Source: Chloroflexota bacterium (GTDB taxonomy: Bacteria > Bacteroidota > Ignavibacteria > Kapaibacteriales > UBA2268). Taken from it: a stretch of 64,000 bases of DNA. Below the pieces are notes generated by a model. The model was not told where the DNA came from. It saw nothing but the letters and a program-made list of their open reading frames with translations, and searched no databases. Shown here piece after piece: positions 7,777-16,923 of this stretch. Location: assembly GCA_050260015.1 (NCBI GenBank), contig JBLNBN010000030.1, positions 64,815 through 128,814 on the forward strand. The letters run 5' to 3'. Positions within the stretch are counted from its first letter, which is position 1, and the number at the start of each line of letters is the position of its first letter. The position numbers and the translations under genes were made by a program.

Positions 7777-9876
7777 ATGAAGTTATTATTTCTAGCTTTT
7801 ATTTTTATAGCGGTTATTCATCCATTTGCTCATGCCTCTCCGGCATGGAAACCGACCAACGGGCCGGTAATGGAGGGAGGCGCTCTATCTATTGCCTCCG
7901 ACTCCCGGGGCTTTTTGTATGCAATAACCGACGGGGCTTCGCTATACCGCCGAGCGCCGCAGGACGCCGTTTGGACTTACCTGCGAGGCGACGCATACGC
8001 GATTGCAATCGATCGCAACGACAACGCTTATGTCGGCAGGGACATGGGATTTATAGATATGTACGATAAGAATTTCCAATTTCTAAAGATTGTTCGTTAC
8101 GGCGGGATTTGGGATGGAGAAATTGAATCAATAATTCCCGACGCCGGCGGGAATCTTTATACCATCACAGCCGGGAACGACCTCACTTCATTAATAGATA
8201 CCTCGCAGATTTGGAATATTATAAGAGACCACGGCATACGGGACATCGACGTGGATTCCGGGAAAGTGGCGATCATGAATTATTTCGGATTTTTGTTTAG
8301 AAGTCTCGACACCGGTCGCACGTGGACTCCAATAAATATAAAGGATGATAAAGATTTCCGCGTTGTGTCGATTGAATATGACAAGAAGCATGAAACCTGG
8401 ATGGCTATCTGCCGGGGAAGAACGTTCTATATATCTACAGATTCCGGGTTGACATGGACGCAAAGAGGGGACGTATTACCCCTGACCTATGTACGCGAAT
8501 TTTACGTATCGAAAAGCGGCGCCACGTATATTGCTTATGACAGCGCAGCGTATCGCTCTTCCGACGGCGGCGTTACCTGGTTTATGTTGCCCGGCTTGGA
8601 TAGCGTAATGATAACGGGATTGGTTGAAGAAGGAGAAAATCTATTTATTACAAATGAATCTCATTCGGTTATTAAATACAACTTAACGACCCAGCGCTCT
8701 GAGCCATTCGATAGGGGGTTTATCCTATCGTACGTTACAAAGGTTGCCGTAAATATCGACGGAACAGTCTTTGCGACTACATATGAGGGCATTTATAAAT
8801 CGACCGACGAAGGCGGCTACTGGGAATTAATCCAATTCCCGGGCGGCGCTACGGGAGGTAAAGAAGTATATTGCACGAAGTCCGGGCTTGTCTTCGCCCG
8901 GGATAACAATGCCGCATATGTTTCAAGAGATTTCGGCGCGAGCTGGGAAAGAGTAAAAATGCATCCCGACAGCGGCTATATTTCCCCGCAGGTAATGGCG
9001 GAGGATGACCGGGGAAGGCTTTACGCCGGGTATAATGGAATAATCTACTCGGACGACGCAGGCGTAAACTGGGAGCGAGTGGAATTATACTATACCTACA
9101 AAAATATACAATCAATAGCATGCTATGGGGATATCCTCGCGTTTACTGTGCAGACGGAAGGGCCGTTCATCTCAAAAGATCGTGGAGCGACGTATCACAA
9201 CCTGCAATTCCCGGTAAATTATGATAATGGCCACCCGGATTCTTACGTTCGATTTAATTCTAAGGGCGAACTGTATGTATTTATAAATAGGGCCCATAGC
9301 CCGAACATGATTAACCGCTCAAGCGATAGCGGGAAGACTTTCGTACGCTACGACAACCTACGGGAGGACACCGGCTTAATTGTACTGGACAGCGCGGACA
9401 ATCTCTACTCGATCGGCCAGCGGAGCCGGAAGTATCCGAACGGCCTGATTAGATCGACGGACGGCGGCGCAAGCTGGAGCCGGTACTCCAACGACGATAT
9501 AAAATATTATGAATCAAACGACATTTGCTTCGGCAGGAACGGGAAGGCATACCTGGCGTTGGCTTCTCGCGGCGTCTTTCGGAACGACAACGTAATGAGC
9601 CTTAGGGAGCCGCCTGTTGTTGAAGATGAATTGATTATTTCGCCCAACCCGGCCGGCGAGGAAATTTCAATTCGAATTGCAAGCGGTAATGAAAAATTTG
9701 AAAACTGGATAATTCAAATCGTTAATGAATATGGCGAGATCGTTTACAAGGATAGATTGAATGGCATGTCCGGATCGGATAAAGCGCGCATCGGCGCGTT
9801 GCCGCAGGGTATTTATTTCGTTCGCGTTATTTCGGGCGGAAGAACGTTTGCAGGTAAATTTGTTATTTCCAGGTAA
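7777..9876 (+). CDS. T9SS type-A CTD protein with BNR/Asp-box repeats
   Basis: Signal peptide, then WKPTNGP; many SxDxGxTW boxes; CTD ISPNPA...LPQGIYFV...GKFVISR. Confidence 0.88.
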   Translation: MKLLFLAFIFIAVIHPFAHASPAWKPTNGPVMEGGALSIASDSRGFLYAITDGASLYRRAPQDAVWTYLRGDAYAIAIDRNDNAYVGRDMGFIDMYDKNFQFLKIVRYGGIWDGEIESIIPDAGGNLYTITAGNDLTSLIDTSQIWNIIRDHGIRDIDVDSGKVAIMNYFGFLFRSLDTGRTWTPINIKDDKDFRVVSIEYDKKHETWMAICRGRTFYISTDSGLTWTQRGDVLPLTYVREFYVSKSGATYIAYDSAAYRSSDGGVTWFMLPGLDSVMITGLVEEGENLFITNESHSVIKYNLTTQRSEPFDRGFILSYVTKVAVNIDGTVFATTYEGIYKSTDEGGYWELIQFPGGATGGKEVYCTKSGLVFARDNNAAYVSRDFGASWERVKMHPDSGYISPQVMAEDDRGRLYAGYNGIIYSDDAGVNWERVELYYTYKNIQSIACYGDILAFTVQTEGPFISKDRGATYHNLQFPVNYDNGHPDSYVRFNSKGELYVFINRAHSPNMINRSSDSGKTFVRYDNLREDTGLIVLDSADNLYSIGQRSRKYPNGLIRSTDGGASWSRYSNDDIKYYESNDICFGRNGKAYLALASRGVFRNDNVMSLREPPVVEDELIISPNPAGEEISIRIASGNEKFENWIIQIVNEYGEIVYKDRLNGMSGSDKARIGALPQGIYFVRVISGGRTFAGKFVISR

Positions 9877-9908
9877 TTTGCAACTCTAACATTCTTAGGA
9901 GAATTGGA

Positions 9909-11981
9909 ATGAAAAAGTTTATTATCTTCTTGACAGTAGCCATAGCTTACGCAGCTACGATGAATGCCGCCCCGGAATGGCGGCAGACCAACGGGCCTTT
10001 CGGCGGGTATATGAAAAAAGTCGTGGAGAACTCCAAGGGGGATCTGTTTGCTCTAAGCGAAGTATGGCAGCTTTTTAAAAAGGCTGCAGGCAGCGATACA
10101 TGGACGATGATTGGCGACGGCTACAACGAAGTAACGGTTGACGCTAAGGATAATATCCTGGTTGGAGTATCGTATGGAGACATTCTTCTTTATGATCAAA
10201 ATATGAATTTCGTAAAAATTATTCAAAAAAACTATGATTTCGATCATATGAGAAGTATAGTGGCAACTAATACCGGCGGAATTTATGCGGTATATCCATA
10301 CGGCGGAATTTACTTTTCAAGCGACGAAGGGGAGAATTGGAATACGCTAAATGTTGACTATCCGTACAAAGTAAAAGCTGACTCAGGCAACGTCGCTATT
10401 GTGTTGAATCATGGCAAGGAATATTTGAGAACCAGCGATAACGGCCAGAGCTTTGACTATAAAGTAATAAATTCCTCGAATACCGCTGCGCCCATCGATA
10501 TGGAGTATAATTATACTTTTAATACCTGGATCGTATTAGGCACGGATAGCTGCATATACGTATCCAGGGATTCAGCGATGACCTGGACAAAAGTCAAAGA
10601 GCAGGTAAATACCTATGATTATATCGCCATGCACGCGTCGAAAGAAGGGAATACATATATCTACTGCGAGGATAAATCATACGTTTCTACGGACGGAGGC
10701 GATTCGTGGAGTACTCTCGACGGCTTCGACAGCCTGGGCTTAACGTCATTTATTGAATATAACGGCGAGTTAGTTTTTACTGCGAGAAAAGGAATATACA
10801 AATATAATCTTAATTCAAAAGAGATAAGCGATTTTAATAACGGTCTGATCGCATCTATCATCAATAAAGTGGCTGTCGATAAGGACGGCGTAGTCTATGC
10901 CGCCGCTAACAACGGGCTCTTCCGTTCGACCGACGAAGGCGCAAATTGGAGTCCCATTATGACGATCGATTCAGGGGACGCAATTTCCTTTGATAACGTA
11001 TTCTGCTCTAAGTCCGGATTGTTATTTGCCAATACCTTATACGACTCCTGGATGTCAAGCGACAAGGGAAATAGTTGGAGCCCGCTAAAGTATCAGGCGG
11101 ATACGGCATTTTTCTCAATCAATGTATTGGCTGAAGATGACTTTGGCAGGCTCTATGGGGACGGTTTAGGGCTTTCCTACTCGGACGATGGCGCGCAAAC
11201 CTGGGATACAATGCAGGTTCAAGGGAAATCTTACGGTTATAAAGCTACTGTCGCCGCTTATAAGAACCGACTAGCCCTAGGAACGTACCAGGACGGCGTA
11301 TTTTACTCCACGAACCGGGGCGAGACGTTCCGAAAGTTGCCTATGGACGTCCCGGAGAATTACGGTTCCTACTGCCTGTTTAACTCAAAGGGGGATTTCT
11401 TTGTCGCAATGAACGCCTGGCAGGGGGGCGACGCTATATTCCGTTCGACCGACGGCTGCATTTCTTTCGAGGATTTGCCGCTCGTAAACTATGGAGTGAG
11501 ATTCATCGCGGTCGATAGCTCGGATTATCTTTATACGCATAACACAAAATACAGGCTGATAAGATCAACAGACAACGGAGAAACCTGGGAGGAAGCCTCG
11601 GATACGAGCGATGCGCGCCAATCGGTTACGGATATTTGCTTCGGTTCGAAAAATAACGCTTACATGGGAACCGCATATAACGGGGTATTTAAAACCGACG
11701 AAGTAAAGAGCGCAAGAGAGCCCCGTGCTTGTAATGAACCTAGGCTGTTAATCTCCCCCAATCCCGCCGCTGAGCGCGCGACAATTACTCTCGCCGAAAA
11801 TCTTGGCCCCTCGGAAATCACTATTTACAATCAACTTGGCGCGGTAGTTTATAAAAGACAATGGAACGGCGAGGGAAGAGAAGTTGAGATACCTACGAGC
11901 GAATTTCCTCAGGGCGCGTACTTCGTTAAAGTATCCGCAGGCGGGGAAGTGATGACGGGGAAATTCGCGGTGGTGAGGTAG
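9909..11981 (+). CDS. T9SS type-A CTD protein with BNR/Asp-box repeats (paralogue of 7777-9876)
   Basis: WRQTNGP; motifs KVAV.DG.V.A, C.KSGL.FA, AEDD.GRLY, FNSKG and DICFG shared with the upstream gene; CTD ISPNPA...FPQGAYFV. Confidence 0.88.
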   Translation: MKKFIIFLTVAIAYAATMNAAPEWRQTNGPFGGYMKKVVENSKGDLFALSEVWQLFKKAAGSDTWTMIGDGYNEVTVDAKDNILVGVSYGDILLYDQNMNFVKIIQKNYDFDHMRSIVATNTGGIYAVYPYGGIYFSSDEGENWNTLNVDYPYKVKADSGNVAIVLNHGKEYLRTSDNGQSFDYKVINSSNTAAPIDMEYNYTFNTWIVLGTDSCIYVSRDSAMTWTKVKEQVNTYDYIAMHASKEGNTYIYCEDKSYVSTDGGDSWSTLDGFDSLGLTSFIEYNGELVFTARKGIYKYNLNSKEISDFNNGLIASIINKVAVDKDGVVYAAANNGLFRSTDEGANWSPIMTIDSGDAISFDNVFCSKSGLLFANTLYDSWMSSDKGNSWSPLKYQADTAFFSINVLAEDDFGRLYGDGLGLSYSDDGAQTWDTMQVQGKSYGYKATVAAYKNRLALGTYQDGVFYSTNRGETFRKLPMDVPENYGSYCLFNSKGDFFVAMNAWQGGDAIFRSTDGCISFEDLPLVNYGVRFIAVDSSDYLYTHNTKYRLIRSTDNGETWEEASDTSDARQSVTDICFGSKNNAYMGTAYNGVFKTDEVKSAREPRACNEPRLLISPNPAAERATITLAENLGPSEITIYNQLGAVVYKRQWNGEGREVEIPTSEFPQGAYFVKVSAGGEVMTGKFAVVR

Positions 11982-12068
11982 AAATTTTATTCTAAGCGAT
12001 AGGAAGTATACTTATTCCTTTCGTAAATTGCATTATTAGTTAGTTTCGTTTATTAAAACAGAAAAAGA

Positions 12069-12734
12069 ATGAACTTCATTAACGCGAAAAAGAAAGCGCT
12101 GATATTAGTAATGGCGGCTACGCTCTCCCTTAACGCATTCGCCGCCCCGCCAAAGCCGAGCGACAATATCAGCATTCTAAAAGCTAATATTACGAAGTAC
12201 TATAACGACGGCAGCTATGAGAAGGATTTAAAGGTAGCGATCGCTAAAGGCATCACCGAATTGAAAAGCGTAAAAAAGCTTCCCGGCAACGCTGCTTTCG
12301 TTTTCGATATAGACGAAACGGCTTTATCCAATATGCCATACGAGAAGAATTACGACTACGCCTATATACCCAAGGCATGGGACGATTGGATAGATTCAGC
12401 GAAGGCCCCGGCGATACCGGCCGTTAAAGGATTTTACGACGATTTGAGGAAGATGGGCGTTAAGATCATATTTATTACCGGCAGACCGCAATCGCAGTAC
12501 GGAGCAACTTATATGAATTTACGCGTCGAGGGGTATAATACTTTCGACACACTCATTTGCAAGCCGCCTGCGATGCGAGGGAAAAAAGCCGTAGAATACA
12601 AATCAAAAACACGGAAGGACCTTTCGAAGAAATATAGCATTATCGGCTCTATCGGCGACCAGGCGAGCGACCTGGAGGGCGGCTTTACTAAGATAAAAAT
12701 CAAGCTGCCAAATTATATGTATTACATCGAATAG
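12069..12734 (+). CDS. Secreted HAD-superfamily acid phosphatase (subfamily IIIB)
   Basis: FDIDETALSN, ITGR and IGDQASDL motifs; signal peptide. Confidence 0.9.
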   Translation: MNFINAKKKALILVMAATLSLNAFAAPPKPSDNISILKANITKYYNDGSYEKDLKVAIAKGITELKSVKKLPGNAAFVFDIDETALSNMPYEKNYDYAYIPKAWDDWIDSAKAPAIPAVKGFYDDLRKMGVKIIFITGRPQSQYGATYMNLRVEGYNTFDTLICKPPAMRGKKAVEYKSKTRKDLSKKYSIIGSIGDQASDLEGGFTKIKIKLPNYMYYIE

Positions 12735-12750
12735 CTTTAAAATATGTTAT

Positions 12751-12794
12751 AAAAAAAGCGGGCTTGGAAACAACCAAACCCGCTTTTCTTTTTT
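12751..12794. terminator. Bidirectional intrinsic terminator
   Basis: AAAAGCGGG...CCCGCTTTT between convergent genes. Confidence 0.75.
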
Positions 12795-12808
12795 AGAAAG
12801 AGAATGAA

Positions 12809-14050
12809 TTAGTCGAGGAAATGCACGAAGAGACCGTCGCGCAATTTCGGCTCGAACCAGGTCGATTTAGGAGGCATTATCTTGCCCGCGTCGGCGATCG
12901 CCATCAATTCTTCGACTGAGGTTGCGAACATGGAGAACGCAAGCTTCATTTCGCCGCTGTCAACCCTGCGCTCCAACTCGCCAAGACCGCGGATGCCGCC
13001 GACGAAGTCCACGCGCGAGCTTGTGCGGGGATCGTCGATGCCCAGCATGGGAGCTAAAACGTAGTTCTGCAGGAGAGCCACGTCGAGGCTGTCCACTGGA
13101 TCCGTGTTAGCGGTTAAGTGGTCTTTCGCGTTGAGCTTGTACCATTGTTTGTCCATGTACATGCCGATCTCGCCTTTCTTCGAGGGATGCAACTGGCCGG
13201 GAGCTTTTTCGACAGTAAAATGCTCGCCGAGCTTCGACATGAATTCTTCTTCGGTCGCGCCGTTTAGATCTTTAACTAAGCGGTTGTAGTCCATTATATA
13301 CAGGTGCGAGCCCGGGAAGAGCACCGCGAGGAAGAAATTATACTCTTCGTCGCCGCGGTGGTTGGGGTTGGCCTGCGCGCGTTCGCGGCCGACTATAGAA
13401 GCGGCTGCGGAACGGTGGTGCCCGTCTGCAACGTAGAAATAATCGACGGCGCCGAGAACGGACTGTATTTTTTCGATCTGGGCTTTGTCGCGGATCACCC
13501 AGCTCTGGTGGCGGATGCCGTCGAGCGCAACGTGGTCGTTGTCGGGAGCGTTCTTAACAACGCTCTCGACGATAGCGTTTATTTCCGCGTTGTCGCGATA
13601 GGTCAGGAAGATGGGGCCGGAGTGCGCGTTGGTTACGCGAACGTGCTCGCAGCGGTCTTCTTCCTTGTCCTTGCGGGTTTTTTCATGCTTCTTGATTACG
13701 TCGTTCCAGTAATCTTCAACTGCCGCGCAGCCTACGAGGCCGTATTGCGTTCTGCCGTTCATCGTCTGGGCATAGACGTAAATGTAGGGCTCGGGGTCTT
13801 CGACTAATATTTTTTCGTCGATGAGCTTTTGCAGGTTTTCTCTACCTTTTTGGTAAACTTTTGGGTCGTGCAAATCGATCGAAGGATCGAGATCTACTTC
13901 CGGCTTTCCTACGTGGAGGAAGGAGTGCGGATGCCCGGCGACTTCCTTGCGGGCTTCGTCGGAGTTCAAAACGTCATAAGGCTTCGATGCGACTTCGGCA
14001 GCCATATCGGGAGTGGGGCGGAACGCTTTAAAGGGACGGAACGTGGCCAT
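12809..14050 (-). CDS. DUF1015 family protein
   Basis: F+AFRP...PYDV N-terminus, KKHEKTR, ADGHHR, and MPPKSTWFEPKLRDGL C-terminus; coupled to the serA-like gene. Confidence 0.92.
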   Translation of the reverse strand: MATFRPFKAFRPTPDMAAEVASKPYDVLNSDEARKEVAGHPHSFLHVGKPEVDLDPSIDLHDPKVYQKGRENLQKLIDEKILVEDPEPYIYVYAQTMNGRTQYGLVGCAAVEDYWNDVIKKHEKTRKDKEEDRCEHVRVTNAHSGPIFLTYRDNAEINAIVESVVKNAPDNDHVALDGIRHQSWVIRDKAQIEKIQSVLGAVDYFYVADGHHRSAAASIVGRERAQANPNHRGDEEYNFFLAVLFPGSHLYIMDYNRLVKDLNGATEEEFMSKLGEHFTVEKAPGQLHPSKKGEIGMYMDKQWYKLNAKDHLTANTDPVDSLDVALLQNYVLAPMLGIDDPRTSSRVDFVGGIRGLGELERRVDSGEMKLAFSMFATSVEELMAIADAGKIMPPKSTWFEPKLRDGLFVHFLD

Positions 14051-14967
14051 TATTTCGAGCCTCCGTTAAGCGCGTCGATAACTTTTTGCGCGATTTCCGA
14101 GCCTACGCGTTCCTGGGCTTCGTCCGTAGAGGCGCCGATATGAGGCGTTGCCGAAACGTTCGGGTGGTTGAGCAATTCGCCCTGGGCTTCGGTAATCGGT
14201 TCGTTCTCGAACACGTCGATGCCTGCGAGAGCTACTTTACCGCTCTTTAGCGCATCGAGGAGAGCCTTTTCTGAAACGACACCGCCGCGGGCGCAGTTGA
14301 TTATCATAACGCCGTCCTTCATCATCGCAAATTCCTTCTCGGTGAGGGTCGGGCCTTCGCTCTTGATGAAAGGCATGTGAAGAGTAATAATATCTGAAGT
14401 TTTTAATAATTCTTCTTTGGACAAAAGCGTAACGTTCATATCGGTAGAGTTAACGTACGGATCGAAAGCGACGACCTTCATGCCTAAGCCGAGAGCGCGT
14501 TTAGCGACTTCGCGACCGATATTGCCAAAACCGAGAACGCCGAGAGTTTTACCGGTCAATTCGCGGCCCTTAGCGAAATCTTTCTTAAGCCACTTGCCTT
14601 CGCGCATGCTTGCGGTGGATACGTGCAGGAATCTCGAAAGAGCGAACATGTGGCTGATAGCGAGCTCAGCGACGGAAATAGAAGAAGCTCCGGGCGTATT
14701 GAGCACGGGAATGCCCTTTTCCTTAGCGTAGGGCACGTCGATATTATCGAGTCCCACGCCGCCGCGAGCGATAGCTCTTAAGTTCACGCCGGCGTCGATG
14801 ACTTCGCGCGTCACTTTCGTTGCGGAACGAACGATAATAGCGGAAGCGGTAGGGATTTCCTTTAACAATTCTTCAGGCGTAAGCTTTTGCTCGACTACGT
14901 CGAAGCCTGCCGCTTTTAGCATATCGGAACCGATTTTTTCAATACCGTCCGTTATTAAAACTTTCAT
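14050..14967 (-). CDS. serA: D-3-phosphoglycerate dehydrogenase (short form, no ACT domain)
   Basis: VRSATKVT, RGGVGLDNID, GFGNIG, INCARGG and TPHIGAST motifs; neighbour of DUF1015. Confidence 0.85.
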   Translation of the reverse strand: MKVLITDGIEKIGSDMLKAAGFDVVEQKLTPEELLKEIPTASAIIVRSATKVTREVIDAGVNLRAIARGGVGLDNIDVPYAKEKGIPVLNTPGASSISVAELAISHMFALSRFLHVSTASMREGKWLKKDFAKGRELTGKTLGVLGFGNIGREVAKRALGLGMKVVAFDPYVNSTDMNVTLLSKEELLKTSDIITLHMPFIKSEGPTLTEKEFAMMKDGVMIINCARGGVVSEKALLDALKSGKVALAGIDVFENEPITEAQGELLNHPNVSATPHIGASTDEAQERVGSEIAQKVIDALNGGSK

Positions 14968-15139
14968 TTTTTTACCTCTTATTAATTTTGTTCTGAATTT
15001 GTAAAGACAGATTAAGCAAAATTAAGGAAAACTTTGTCACTCAACCAAATTATTAAAAAATATTGTTGTAGAGAACTGGAATATCGCATTTATTTTTTTG
15101 TTAATTTGTGATCGTGGGCATAACAAAAGAGTAATATAT

Positions 15140-16258
15140 ATGCGCAAAGATAAAGATGTAATATTAATAGTTGACGACAACACAGATAATCTTAAAATAG
15201 TCGGCGAGCAACTGCGCGAGCACAACGCGGAGTTAATCATAGCGACGAGCGGGGAGATGGCTCTTAATTTTTTAAGCCGTCGCACGCCCGATTTAATTTT
15301 ATTGGACGTCATGATGCCGGAAATGGACGGCTTCGAGCTCTGCAGAAGGATAAAAGAAAATCCGAACACCGCGGAGACCCCAATAATCTTTTTAACTGGA
15401 AAGGTAGCCGAGGAGGACGTTTTACGCGGCTTCGAATTAGGCGCGGTCGATTACGTGCCAAAGCCGTTCCGCAACGCGGAATTGCTAGCTCGCGTTCGCG
15501 TTCATATTGATTTGCGAAGAGCGCGCAAAGCCCTCCAGGAGAATAATACGGCTTTAGAAAAGGCTAATCTCCAGAAAAATGAATTGATGGGTATTGCTGC
15601 GCATGACCTGAAGAATCCGATTTACAGCATATCAATGCTCGCTAAGCTTCTGCGCGACGAAGCAGGACTAAGCCAGGAAGAGGTGAAGGAATTTGCTCAG
15701 GATATCGTCACTTCCGCCGAGAGAATGCTTGAATTGATCGTCTCCCTTTTGGATCTCAATGCATTAGAGGACGGCAGGATTGCCTTCCACCCTGAATGTA
15801 TTGAATTAAGCGAAACGCTTGAAGCTTTAGTAAAGAGATACAAGCCCCAGGCGGAAGCAAAACAAATCCAGATCAATTTCGAGCCTAATAGCGAAGGAAT
15901 TAATATTACCGCGGATAGGAACGCTGTAATCCAGATATTCGACAACCTGATATCCAACGCCATCAAGTTCTCGCCCTTCGAAAAACGCGTATTCGTCGAT
16001 CTCGCGACTACGGATCATCGGGCGGTAGTTTCCGTGCGCGACGAAGGGCCCGGCATAACGAAGGAAGATATGGGTAAGCTATTCGGCAAGTTTACGAAAC
16101 TCTCGGCGCGGCCTACTGCGGGGGAAAATTCCACTGGACTTGGGCTATCGATAGTTAAATCTTACGTGGAGGCTTGCGAGGGAACTATCCGTTGCGATAG
16201 CGAACCGGGAAGCGGGGCGGATTTTATCGTAACTTTCCCACTATCGACAGGGGATTAA
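15140..16258 (+). CDS. Hybrid receiver domain-histidine kinase (cytoplasmic)
   Basis: IVDD...LLDVMMPEMDG receiver; AAHDLKNP H-box; NLISNAIKFS, DEGPGI and GLGLSIVK. Confidence 0.93.
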   Translation: MRKDKDVILIVDDNTDNLKIVGEQLREHNAELIIATSGEMALNFLSRRTPDLILLDVMMPEMDGFELCRRIKENPNTAETPIIFLTGKVAEEDVLRGFELGAVDYVPKPFRNAELLARVRVHIDLRRARKALQENNTALEKANLQKNELMGIAAHDLKNPIYSISMLAKLLRDEAGLSQEEVKEFAQDIVTSAERMLELIVSLLDLNALEDGRIAFHPECIELSETLEALVKRYKPQAEAKQIQINFEPNSEGINITADRNAVIQIFDNLISNAIKFSPFEKRVFVDLATTDHRAVVSVRDEGPGITKEDMGKLFGKFTKLSARPTAGENSTGLGLSIVKSYVEACEGTIRCDSEPGSGADFIVTFPLSTGD

Positions 16259-16872
16259 TCGGATAGATGGCTCATTTGCTTTTTAAGGGCTAAGCCAAGA
16301 ATTTTGCGCGCGCGGAAGAGGTGAGCCTTAACCGTTCCGAGCGGTAAATTTAGCATATCGGCTATCTGCTGGTAGTCCAATTCGTCCTCATGCCTCAACT
16401 TAATTACTTTTCTATAGTTTTCCGGGAGCGATTCTATCGCTTTGCGAACTATCCTGCTCTTCTCCTCGCTCATTATCAATTCGTCCGGTAGTAAATCCGG
16501 ATCGCGAACGTCGAATTCGTTGTCGTCTTCGCCAGCGGGATTAATGCTTTGGCTTAGGGAAACTACGTTAAACCTCTTTTTGCGAAGGAAGTCGATGCAT
16601 GTATTGGACGCGATGCGATTTATCCATGCGGAGAAGCTGTAACCGGGCTTAAAGCTTTCCAGCGCGTTGTACGCTTTTATGAACGTCTCTTGTATTATAT
16701 CTTCCGCATCGTCCTCGTCGCGGATCATTCGGCGAATGTAGCCAGCTATAAGCCTTCTGTATTTACGTTCCAATTCGGCAAACGCCTGCTTATTCCCGGC
16801 TAAGATCTGTCGGATCAAGCCGTAATCCTCTTCATTTCTCCTGGCTATATTTGCTTGTTGGGGTGAAGGCAT
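16255..16872 (-). CDS. ECF RNA polymerase sigma factor (RpoE/SigW-like)
   Basis: AEDIIQETFIKAY, FSAWINRIASNTCIDFLRK and YQQIADMLNLPLGTVKAHLFRAR. Confidence 0.93.
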   Translation of the reverse strand: MPSPQQANIARRNEEDYGLIRQILAGNKQAFAELERKYRRLIAGYIRRMIRDEDDAEDIIQETFIKAYNALESFKPGYSFSAWINRIASNTCIDFLRKKRFNVVSLSQSINPAGEDDNEFDVRDPDLLPDELIMSEEKSRIVRKAIESLPENYRKVIKLRHEDELDYQQIADMLNLPLGTVKAHLFRARKILGLALKKQMSHLSD

Positions 16873-16923
16873 CGTACAAATTACCAAATTGGAAAATCAA
16901 ATATAAATAAAAATAGCGAGCGG

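Noticed and set aside
3080-11981. Diversity-generating retroelement acting on the T9SS paralogues
   Set aside because: No reverse transcriptase and no near-identical TR/VR pair with adenine-specific differences were seen by eye.
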